From Candidatus Cloacimonadales bacterium (lineage in GTDB: Bacteria; Cloacimonadota; Cloacimonadia; Cloacimonadales; JAFGVF01): a DNA stretch of 64,000 bases. The notes under the pieces were generated by a model. That model was given only the letters and a program-made list of their open reading frames with translations, was not told the origin of the DNA and did not search any database. The stretch spans positions 832,001 through 896,000 of the forward strand of contig OY759729.1 of assembly GCA_963662585.1 (NCBI GenBank), read 5' to 3'. Positions 1-8,663 of the stretch are shown piece after piece. The position numbers were made by a program, and so were the translations under genes. Position 1 is the stretch's first letter. Each line of letters starts with the position of its first letter.

Positions 1-203
1 GAGTCAGTAAGAAACTCTAAATGAGTATTAGCTAAAAGAGCTGGATTATAGACTGTTGCAGATAGATCTTCCGAGGAAGCTATACCCGTACCTCCTAAAG
101 AGAAGTTTCTAATCCCTCCCTGTTGGAAATCAAAGCCTGATAAAGAAATAACATTCAGCAGACAAAACATTGATACTAAACCGATTATTTTTGAAATTTT
201 CAT
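1..203 (-). CDS. PorV/PorQ/FadL-like outer-membrane beta-barrel protein, 5' part (runs off the window; not in ORF track)
   Basis: My translation from ATG at 203: MKISKIIGLVSMFCLLNVISLSGFDFQQGGIRNFSLGGTGIASSEDLSATVYNPALLANTHLEFLTD. Signal peptide, then the G.R...LGG...A...D.....YNPA.L motif of PorV/FadL-type barrels; starts 10 bp after the stop of the large upstream ORF. Confidence 0.7.
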   Translation of the reverse strand, partial: MKISKIIGLVSMFCLLNVISLSGFDFQQGGIRNFSLGGTGIASSEDLSATVYNPALLANTHLEFLTD

Positions 204-213
204 CTTGCTACCC

Positions 214-3200
214 CTACTTCGCTACTGTGATCGTGTTTCTATGAACTTTATCGCCATACTTAACCTGACAAATATAGATTCCAGCATTGACTGCTTTTCT
301 ATCTTGATTCTTCCCATCCCAGATTGCCATTTGGAAATTTTGAATTCCTGAGCCGTCATCATAAAGATATGGATTTGGTGAAAGCTTTGCTATTTCCTTT
401 CCTGCTCGATTGAAAATCTTGCAAGTGGCACTTTTATTGCTAGGAATAATAATTCTACTATAATCGTTTATACCATCAAAATTCAAGGAAATTATGTTTG
501 GTATCACTTCAACTTTATCACTATTAATAGCTCTTTTAACAAAAATATTAAATTGTGCTTGGCTTTCTAATGATTCTGGCTGGTTATTATCCTCAGCCAA
601 CAAGCTAATATCTAAGTTCTGTCCTGCATAATATTGATCATCAACTTGATACTGCAGAATAACACCTAAAGAGTCAGGATTGTTATTGTATGTTACCTTT
701 TCTAGCTGATAATTCTCTATGGCCTTACCATTAACTTGAAAGATAATTGACTCTTCATTGATACCTACACCCTTATCTAAAATGGCTATCCTAAGGTGAT
801 CATTAATTTCTATATCACTGTTAAGGGCAGGATGAAGCCAGACAAAATAAGGTGGGAAAGTATCAGGAATTATGTTAAAGCTATAAGTTTCATTGCAGGT
901 GTTACCCACTAAGTCTGCTACTGAAACTTCAACATTTACTGTTTCCACATCGAAAAAACCAGCAGTACTATACCAAACTTCCAGCCTATCATCTCTTAAA
1001 GAATCTTGATAAGTTGTTACAAAATTGCCATTAATTTTCAAAGTTAAGCTCTCTTTATCAATACCAGATAAATCATCTTTCAAGGAAAGATAAAGTATTG
1101 AATTAGCATAACCTTCACCTCCATCAGCTGGAGAAGCTGTTTCTAAATATGGAGCTTCAGTATCACTTTCTGTAGTGAAAGAATAAGAATAGTTTGCAGC
1201 ATTATTATTGCTTGAGGTATCCATAGCATAGATTTGAATTCTGACTATTTCCCCAAATCCAAAAGGTTCTAATGGCTGATAACTTAATCTAAAACCAATA
1301 CCTTCTTCATTTTCAAGTGCAACTAAATCAAAATCTGATATAGTCTGGTTATTAACTTTGAAGATAATAGAGTTGGAATCAACTTCTGATTCGGCATCTA
1401 AGATAAGCATTGAAATCGAAGTATCTATTGGGATATCTGTACTTTCAGCAGAAGGATTCAAGCCTGTGAAAAATGGTGCTTCTTGATCATCATCTACAAC
1501 AGTAAAAGAGTAATTAAAATTGGTTAATGTATTAGGAGAAGAAGCTAAATCACTCACACTAATAACGACTCTTACAAGTTCTCCATACTCAAAATCAGCT
1601 CCAGAATAATTAACTTGATAGAAAAAAGTCTCAGGTATTAGTGTTGTTTCTGCTTCTATAATTTCGTCATTAACTTTCATTACCAAGCTTTCAATATCTA
1701 CACCAATTCCGTTATCAATAATTTCAAAATAGATATCACTATCAATTGCGACTGCACTAGCGTTTGGTTCAGGATTAAAATTTACCAATTCTGGTTCTAC
1801 TAAATCAGGAGTAATTCTAAAGTAATAATTATTCTCATAAGTATTTGCCGGAAGTTCTAAATCTGAACAAGATATATTAACATTAACTAATTGATCAAAA
1901 TCATAAGGATAATCTAATAAATAAAGGACATCAAAGCCATTAGTTATAGCTGCGATATTTAACTGATCTGTCACATCAATATCATCTATCAAAACTTGAA
2001 GACTTGTTCTATCTACTCCTGTCTTTTCATCATAGATTTTGAAGCTAAGATTGGTATCGACAGGGACATTTATCTCACCTTCAGCTGGATACAAATCAGA
2101 AAGATAAGGAGCTTCAACATCTAATGTAGTAGTAAAAGTGTAACTTTCAAGAGGCATTACATTTGAAGGTGTCTCTAAATCACCAACTTCTATTTGCACA
2201 GTAACCTCTCCGATAAGTCTTTCTGTTGGATTATAAATCACCCGATATCCATTATTTAAAGTGCTTATCGATATTGATTCGCTTCCTACTATTTCCATAT
2301 CATTTATTAAAATTGAAAGAGTAGAGATATCAACACCACTTAATAAATCAAAAATATCTACCCTGAATTGAGTATTTGTTGCATTATCAGTACTAAATTT
2401 AGCAGGTAAATGATTAGCTGTATAAGGTGCTTGGTTATCTGGAATTACAGTAAATACTGAAGTGGTGTCAATACTATTACTATTAGTAGAAGCATCTTCA
2501 ATATAAAAATGTATTTCTCTTTCACCAAAGGTAAGGAGCTGATTTTCTAAAGGGTTATATAGTACTTTCATTCTGCCATTAGGAAGAGTAGTTATCTCAG
2601 CCTGGGGTAATAAATCTACACCATCTAAAGTAAAAATTAATGAGTTTTGATTAAGAGAAGATTCAGTATCAGCTACTTCGACAAAAATAAGATTTGTTCT
2701 TGCTACCTCTTCCCCATAGGAAGGTTCTATAAATATTATGGAAGGGGAAGAATTATCCTGTCCGCAAACAAAAGAGTAATTAAAGGTTGTCATAATATTA
2801 GGATTAGGAGCTAAATCTTCACAGTCAATAGCAACAAAGACTTCTTCACCAAAAGTGAAATTAGTTGGTGGATTAATAATAATCCTAAAGTTGTTAACTT
2901 CCCCTAGATGAGAAAAGTAAGGACTTCCAGAGTAGTAATTTGTACCATTCACATTAACGACTATCGAGCTAAGGTTTACCCCTTCCCCCAAGTCATAAGC
3001 ATTAAATTCAATATTAGTGTCTACAGCTACACCCTGTTCACCATTAGCAGGTTGCCACTGATTAGTAAAAGGAGGGTCTGTATCTTCTCGAGTGAAAAAC
3101 CTATAATTAATGGTTGGAACATGCCAACCTTGATCATCATTAGCATCAATAGCAACATTAATAATCTGATTATAGCCAAAATAGCTTTCTGGTGAGATAG

Positions 3201-4926
3201 TAATTCTGTAAAAATTTCCACTTCCACTATATGATAAGTTACTACTGTTTATATCATAGTTAGAACCAGCAATATTAACATTTATAGAGCTCAAATCAAT
3301 TTGCTGGTCATCTGATAAGGAAAAAGCAATAGATTGGTCAATATCTACATTAGTTGTCCCGTCTGTTGGAAGAAGATTCCACACCCAAGGGATGCCACCA
3401 AAAATAGAGTATGCTTTCCCCTTGTTGCTTCCAGCTTCGATTGAACCTAACCAGACATCTTCTTTCAAGTCATTATTAAAATCAGCTACATAGAAGGAGC
3501 TTCCTAATTTAGCATTTGGAGATTCTCCATAATAAATTTCATCAAATTCATCAACAGCTAAATCGTAATTACTTTCATATTGTGTTCTTCCATACATTAC
3601 ATATACAAGACCACTTTCACTTCCATTATTAGTAGAAGCTTGCGGGGATGAAATTACAATATCTGCTGGAGTATCAGCTTTTATATTGCCTATGTATAAC
3701 ATCTCTCCGAAGATATTATCTTCTATTAATTGATGAGTAATTGTGGAATTAGAATTTTCACTATTCAAAACAAGATTATCTGCCAGAGTATTACTTCCAA
3801 ACAGAAGATAAATCATATTAGTTGTAGATTGGTTAGAAAAATCAGTAATTAATAAATCTCCAAAACCATCCCCATTAACATCACCTGAAGCTACTGCTTT
3901 ACCTAATCTGGAAGAATGATAAGCACCAGTAAATTTATTACTTATATAAGTAGAATCTGTTAGATTAATTTCATCATAAGGGAAAAAAGCTCTTCCTTTG
4001 ATTATATAAACAACTCCATTATTTACTAAAGCACCATCATCAACTCCAGGACTACCCAAGATGAGATCTTGATATTGATCACCATTAATATTGCTTGTAT
4101 TTAAGGAACTACCTAAATTTGCATTTATAGAACTACCTGGTATAAAGGTAACATTATTTGCTTGTGAGAGATTAACCGTGGATGAATAAGTTTCTTGAGA
4201 CCATATTAAATATACTTTTCCGCAATTAAGAAGTTGCTCTTGGTCTGCATGAGGAGTACCAATGATTACTTCATCTTCATTATCATTATTCAGATCAGAC
4301 ATTAGAAGAGATTGACCTAAAAAATCATTGGCGGATTCACCAACAAATAAATGATTAGCTGAATAAGTACTTAAATCAATAATTGCAGGTAAATTCTGGC
4401 TTCCGTAAAAAAGATATACTTTACCTACCTGGAGAGTGCTACCATCATCACTATAGGGAGCAGAAATGGCAAAATCAGCATAGTTATCTCCATTAATTGA
4501 ACCAACAGTTAAGCTATAACCTAGCTTATCACCACTCTGAGCACCATAAATTGTTATATCAGCACTGTCACTATTTAGATTTAAGTAGTTACTCTGTTCA
4601 GTTTGAATATCACCCCAGAAAATATATACTTCACCAGCAGAATTTCTTCCAAGTGGGTCAGATGAGGGACTCGAGATGATTATATCATCAATACCATCAC
4701 CATTGATATCACCAGCAGAAATTTCATATCCAAATTGGTCAAAAGCATTTTTACCTTGAATAGAGTAATTACCTTGCCATTGATTTAAATCAAATTGCTT
4801 TTCCCCAAAGAGATAACAAAAAAAGGAAAGTAGGGATATTACCAGTAACAAACCGTGCTTTTTAGTGTAGTACCATCTCATATTATTAGTGCTCCTATTT
4901 TTCATAAGCTGATAATATTTTATCAT
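214..4926 (-). CDS. Large secreted adhesin-like protein: FG-GAP (integrin-alpha) repeats, tandem Ig-like repeats, T9SS/FlgD-like C-terminal domain
   Basis: About 7 FG-GAP repeats (FGYEISAGDINGDGIDDIIISSP, GDVNGDGFGDLLI). About 9 repeats of D..PP....P......V.idT.I.F...D...GVD. C-terminus PNIISLNFDGINDY...IWDGKN...VNAGIYICQV. True start is probably an internal Met (MRWYY...). Confidence 0.8.
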   Translation of the reverse strand: MIKYYQLMKNRSTNNMRWYYTKKHGLLLVISLLSFFCYLFGEKQFDLNQWQGNYSIQGKNAFDQFGYEISAGDINGDGIDDIIISSPSSDPLGRNSAGEVYIFWGDIQTEQSNYLNLNSDSADITIYGAQSGDKLGYSLTVGSINGDNYADFAISAPYSDDGSTLQVGKVYLFYGSQNLPAIIDLSTYSANHLFVGESANDFLGQSLLMSDLNNDNEDEVIIGTPHADQEQLLNCGKVYLIWSQETYSSTVNLSQANNVTFIPGSSINANLGSSLNTSNINGDQYQDLILGSPGVDDGALVNNGVVYIIKGRAFFPYDEINLTDSTYISNKFTGAYHSSRLGKAVASGDVNGDGFGDLLITDFSNQSTTNMIYLLFGSNTLADNLVLNSENSNSTITHQLIEDNIFGEMLYIGNIKADTPADIVISSPQASTNNGSESGLVYVMYGRTQYESNYDLAVDEFDEIYYGESPNAKLGSSFYVADFNNDLKEDVWLGSIEAGSNKGKAYSIFGGIPWVWNLLPTDGTTNVDIDQSIAFSLSDDQQIDLSSINVNIAGSNYDINSSNLSYSGSGNFYRITISPESYFGYNQIINVAIDANDDQGWHVPTINYRFFTREDTDPPFTNQWQPANGEQGVAVDTNIEFNAYDLGEGVNLSSIVVNVNGTNYYSGSPYFSHLGEVNNFRIIINPPTNFTFGEEVFVAIDCEDLAPNPNIMTTFNYSFVCGQDNSSPSIIFIEPSYGEEVARTNLIFVEVADTESSLNQNSLIFTLDGVDLLPQAEITTLPNGRMKVLYNPLENQLLTFGEREIHFYIEDASTNSNSIDTTSVFTVIPDNQAPYTANHLPAKFSTDNATNTQFRVDIFDLLSGVDISTLSILINDMEIVGSESISISTLNNGYRVIYNPTERLIGEVTVQIEVGDLETPSNVMPLESYTFTTTLDVEAPYLSDLYPAEGEINVPVDTNLSFKIYDEKTGVDRTSLQVLIDDIDVTDQLNIAAITNGFDVLYLLDYPYDFDQLVNVNISCSDLELPANTYENNYYFRITPDLVEPELVNFNPEPNASAVAIDSDIYFEIIDNGIGVDIESLVMKVNDEIIEAETTLIPETFFYQVNYSGADFEYGELVRVVISVSDLASSPNTLTNFNYSFTVVDDDQEAPFFTGLNPSAESTDIPIDTSISMLILDAESEVDSNSIIFKVNNQTISDFDLVALENEEGIGFRLSYQPLEPFGFGEIVRIQIYAMDTSSNNNAANYSYSFTTESDTEAPYLETASPADGGEGYANSILYLSLKDDLSGIDKESLTLKINGNFVTTYQDSLRDDRLEVWYSTAGFFDVETVNVEVSVADLVGNTCNETYSFNIIPDTFPPYFVWLHPALNSDIEINDHLRIAILDKGVGINEESIIFQVNGKAIENYQLEKVTYNNNPDSLGVILQYQVDDQYYAGQNLDISLLAEDNNQPESLESQAQFNIFVKRAINSDKVEVIPNIISLNFDGINDYSRIIIPSNKSATCKIFNRAGKEIAKLSPNPYLYDDGSGIQNFQMAIWDGKNQDRKAVNAGIYICQVKYGDKVHRNTITVAK

Positions 4927-5011
4927 TCTATAAAGTCAATAAAAATATTTATAAAAAAAAACTTGCCAATTATTTTACTTTTCTCAAAATTGCTACAATA
5001 GAGGTAAATTA

Positions 5012-6391
5012 ATGAAATCTTATTTAGTTTTATTATGGGCTCTATTCCTAAGCACTAATTTATTGTATTCTAATCCTGTGAAAAACTCACTTGGAGAACT
5101 AAAAGCAGAAAATGAATTAGCTCAGAGAATAGAGAAAAATTTAAGTAATGTAGTCGAGAAATCTATAGTCTTTGTTGACCTAGATTTAAAGTATAATCTA
5201 TTTAATCCTTCATCTGGGGATTTAAAGCTTGATCAAAATTTGAGCCTTCCTGGACTTCCTGTCGGGAAAACCGTAAGTTCAGTTCCCAATATCGACTTAA
5301 CAGACTATGCCCCAACAGAAATTACAAAGATAAATATTTCTGTAAGAGTACCCAATGATACAGATGATACAATCCTAAAACAGATCGAAGATATTGTTAT
5401 TAAAACATCATCAATGGATCTTCTCGGGAATGATGAGTTACTAGTTACTCCTGATTTACCAGTATTAGAAAAGGGTAACTCAATATTTACCTACCAGAAT
5501 TTTATTATATTAATAGCACTTTTTTTAATTTTCATAATAATTAACAATATGAAAAGCAGTACGAAAATAATCGCTAAATCATTAAGAAGAATCAAAATAT
5601 CAAATTTAGAGCAATTAAAAGATAGTGATAGCAGAGATTTTAAATTTTATGGAAATTCCAAAAATGGAGATGAACAATCTTCAAAGTTTAAATCAGATAA
5701 ACCTATCCAAGTTAAATTGATAAAAGAAGATGAGGCTGTAGAAGATACTAATTTAGATTTCTTGAATGAACTTTCAAACAGTATTTTCCTTTCAATCATA
5801 AAAAATGAAAATCCAAAAGAGATTGCTTATATTCTAACCCAAGTTGAACCTAAAAAAGTCGATTATTTTTTCAAATTCTATGATGGTTCAACTGATGAAG
5901 TGATAAAAAATCTTTTAAATCTTGAAAATATTCTTCAATTAGATATCAAAATTATGGTTGTAGGAATGTATCAAAAGTATCTTGAAGCTTTAGAGAAGAA
6001 TCCATTAAAGATTAATAACATTAAGACTTTGGTTAGTTTTATTAATAATTCATCACTTGTTGTAGCTCAGAAATTATTTGATAAAATTAAAGAATTCAAT
6101 CCTGAAATTGCTGAAGAAGTTAAGAAGAAGATATTCCTATTAGATGATATTTTAACTCTTAAGAATGTCCAGATTGAACAGATTAATAGTGAGTTTGAAC
6201 ATCTTGAGATGGTGCAATTCTTAAAATGTCTACCTAACAATATAAAACAAAAATTCTTCTCTCAACTATCTGAACGAGCAGTTATGATTCTTAAAGAGGA
6301 TATGGAAATTATTGGTACAATTCCAGAGGATGATATAGATAGTATTATTAATCATTCATTAAGCAAAATTCGTTATATTTTAAATTATTAA
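5012..6391 (+). CDS. FliF ring-domain / FliG(M+C) fusion-like rotor protein
   Basis: N-terminal hydrophobic signal. ENELAQRIEKNLSNVV..SIVFVDLDL and ITKINISVRV...LKQIEDIV....MDLLGNDELLV resemble FliF RBM3. One TM (FIILIALFLIFIII). IIKNENPKEIAYILTQV resembles the FliG_M EHPQ region; EIAEEVKKKIFLLDDI...LKCL...LSERAVMILKEDMEIIG resembles FliG_C. Confidence 0.75.
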   Translation: MKSYLVLLWALFLSTNLLYSNPVKNSLGELKAENELAQRIEKNLSNVVEKSIVFVDLDLKYNLFNPSSGDLKLDQNLSLPGLPVGKTVSSVPNIDLTDYAPTEITKINISVRVPNDTDDTILKQIEDIVIKTSSMDLLGNDELLVTPDLPVLEKGNSIFTYQNFIILIALFLIFIIINNMKSSTKIIAKSLRRIKISNLEQLKDSDSRDFKFYGNSKNGDEQSSKFKSDKPIQVKLIKEDEAVEDTNLDFLNELSNSIFLSIIKNENPKEIAYILTQVEPKKVDYFFKFYDGSTDEVIKNLLNLENILQLDIKIMVVGMYQKYLEALEKNPLKINNIKTLVSFINNSSLVVAQKLFDKIKEFNPEIAEEVKKKIFLLDDILTLKNVQIEQINSEFEHLEMVQFLKCLPNNIKQKFFSQLSERAVMILKEDMEIIGTIPEDDIDSIINHSLSKIRYILNY

Positions 6392-6400
6392 GGATAAATT

Positions 6401-7138
6401 ATGAAAATTTCTACATTTGTAGGTGGATTTCTCAGTGTTTTGATTCTCTTTATAGCCATAAATAGCAAGGGAGATTTATCTGCTTATTTAGACCCAATTG
6501 CTCTCTTAGTTACACTTGGTGGCACTATTACATCACTTATTAGCACCTATTCTGCTTCTTCACTGATAATTGCCTTGAAAGACTTTTTTCATAATACAAC
6601 AGAGGACAGAGTTAGTCATGCTGATTTAGTCGAAACAATCATTTCGATTAGTAAAGATTCCCGTTCAATCACTATAAAAGAGATTATGGATCATGATGAT
6701 GTGCAAAAGTTTCCCTTTTTAAAAAATGCTCTTAAACTAATCACCGATAATTTACCTATAGATGAAATACCTTACCTTTTAGAAAAAGAAAGTTATTCGA
6801 TATTAACTAAACATAAAAATTCAGCTAAGATATTTAGTGTGGCAAGTAATATTGCTCCACTTTTTGGAATGATAGGTACAGTTATAGGACTAATTTCTAT
6901 GTTAGGAAATATTTCTAACCCTGCAGTTATTCCTAAGGCTATGAGTCTTGCTCTAGTAACAACTCTTTATGGACTAATAACTTCAGTTGTTGTGTTTAGA
7001 CCTATGTCAGGTAAATTAGCTACTAAAGCCGAATATACCTATATGAGTAGAAAGATCATCATCGAGGGTGTAATAGGTATAATGAATAAAAAGAACTCTG
7101 AATTAATTAAAGCTGGTTTAGAAAAAATTTATGTTTAA
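6401..7138 (+). CDS. motA: MotA/PomA-family stator subunit
   Basis: 4-TM layout with LLVTLGGT, APLFGMIGTVIGLISML and MSLALVTTLYG motifs. Confidence 0.9.
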   Translation: MKISTFVGGFLSVLILFIAINSKGDLSAYLDPIALLVTLGGTITSLISTYSASSLIIALKDFFHNTTEDRVSHADLVETIISISKDSRSITIKEIMDHDDVQKFPFLKNALKLITDNLPIDEIPYLLEKESYSILTKHKNSAKIFSVASNIAPLFGMIGTVIGLISMLGNISNPAVIPKAMSLALVTTLYGLITSVVVFRPMSGKLATKAEYTYMSRKIIIEGVIGIMNKKNSELIKAGLEKIYV

Positions 7139-7826
7139 TTCTTTCATTAACAGAAGAAAAAATAAAGTTAATAAGTATGATATTACTGAAAGTAATCAAA
7201 ATCATAGTGGTGAAGAATTCGATAGTCCTGAGAGCGACTTTTCAGGTTTCTATGTAAGTTTAGTGCCTTACTCAGATATGATGACTCTCCTATTAATCTT
7301 TTTTGTCTTTTTCTACCTTGTTAAGGATACTGAATTAGGTTGGAAAACTGTAGCTGATGAACAGTCTAAGAAAGTTCTTTCTACTAATGAAGTAGCAATT
7401 GATTCTACTCTATATGAAGAGGTGGTAGATCTTAATGAAAAGGTAATATCTATACCTGGAGAGATTCTCTTTGAAAGTGGTGAAGCCAATTTAAAATGGA
7501 ATTCTCAGGGCACTTTATTAGAAATTGCCAAGGAAATTCAGGCAGTTATCAGTGATGGTGATAAGTGGAGTATTAGAATAGAAGGACATACAGATAATAT
7601 TCCAATATCTAATTCTCGATATGCTTCCAATTGGGAATTATCAACAGCAAGAGCATTGAGTATAGTTAAATTCTTTTTAAGAAATGATTATTTTAGCGCT
7701 GACCAACTTCAAATAATGGGCTATGGAGAATTCAAACCATTAGTTCCCAACGACACTGAAATGAACAGAGAAAAGAATAGAAGAGTGGAAATTAAATTAA
7801 GTAAACAGAGAAAAGAGGAGATCTAA
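7131..7826 (+). CDS. motB: MotB-family stator subunit with OmpA-like peptidoglycan-binding domain
   Basis: PYSDMMTLLLIFFVFF TM with the conserved Asp; IRIEGHTDN..SNWELSTARA..GYGEFKP..NRRVEI; overlaps the motA stop. Confidence 0.9.
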   Translation: MFNSFINRRKNKVNKYDITESNQNHSGEEFDSPESDFSGFYVSLVPYSDMMTLLLIFFVFFYLVKDTELGWKTVADEQSKKVLSTNEVAIDSTLYEEVVDLNEKVISIPGEILFESGEANLKWNSQGTLLEIAKEIQAVISDGDKWSIRIEGHTDNIPISNSRYASNWELSTARALSIVKFFLRNDYFSADQLQIMGYGEFKPLVPNDTEMNREKNRRVEIKLSKQRKEEI

Positions 7827-8659
7827 TGATTGATTATTACTCATTTTGGGATTTAAAGTCTGCTCCTTTTCAGGATAATAACGACCCTCGCTTCTATTAT
7901 AAAAGTAGTGACCATTTAGAAGCTTTAGAAAGACTTCACTATGTTACTGAGTCTGGTTCAATGAATATGGGTATGCTAAGTGGAGAAGTAGGAACAGGTA
8001 AAACAATAACCAAATTAGTACTGTTAGATTCTTTAAAAAGAGCTAATCCTAAAAATATGGTAGTTAACATAAATTCTACCTCTTACAGTTATGCAGAGAT
8101 AATGCAAGAAACTCTCTATCAATTAACCAATATCGATCCAGATCAATTACCTTCAAGAAGATACTCTTTAGAAATTAAATTGAGAAAGTTCTTAGAAAAT
8201 AGAATAGATTCATCAAATAATAGATTATTTTTACTCTTCGATGAAGCCCAGAAAATAGCTTCTCGTGATTTGGATTACTTAAAAGATTTAACTAATATAA
8301 CTTTTGGTTATGATAGTCCTGTTATTATCATTTTAATTGGGCAACCCTCCTTGATAAAGAATGTAGAAAAGCTACCTCAAGTGAATCAAAGAATAGGTAT
8401 GAGATACCACTTAACCCACTTATCTAAGAATGATACTAGTAAATATATCCAACACAGACTGAAAATTGCTGGTGCAAGTAAAGAGATTTTCTCACAAGAA
8501 GCCCGAGAACTAATTCATTCTAAAACTAAAGGTATCCCTAGGGAAATAAATCGAGTTTGTAAAATTTCAATGGACATCGCTTCTATGGAGAAGATTGAGC
8601 TCATTGATGAAGAATTGATTGAAATAGTATTTCAAGATTTAGAGAATAACGGACAATAA
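7826..8659 (+). CDS. ExeA/GspA-like AAA ATPase (type found in EPS/PEP-CTERM loci)
   Basis: YYSFWDLKSAPF start, Walker A GEVGTGKT, Walker B LLFDEAQ, LIGQP, GIPREIN; TAATG overlap with motB. Confidence 0.85.
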   Translation: MIDYYSFWDLKSAPFQDNNDPRFYYKSSDHLEALERLHYVTESGSMNMGMLSGEVGTGKTITKLVLLDSLKRANPKNMVVNINSTSYSYAEIMQETLYQLTNIDPDQLPSRRYSLEIKLRKFLENRIDSSNNRLFLLFDEAQKIASRDLDYLKDLTNITFGYDSPVIIILIGQPSLIKNVEKLPQVNQRIGMRYHLTHLSKNDTSKYIQHRLKIAGASKEIFSQEARELIHSKTKGIPREINRVCKISMDIASMEKIELIDEELIEIVFQDLENNGQ

Positions 8660-8663
8660 ATAC

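Noticed and set aside
6401..7826. ExbBD/TolQR or Zorya ZorAB instead of MotAB
   Set aside because: The B subunit has the MotB YxD TM plus an OmpA domain (not ExbD), the A subunit lacks the long ZorA tail, no zorC/D/E follows, and a FliG-like gene is adjacent
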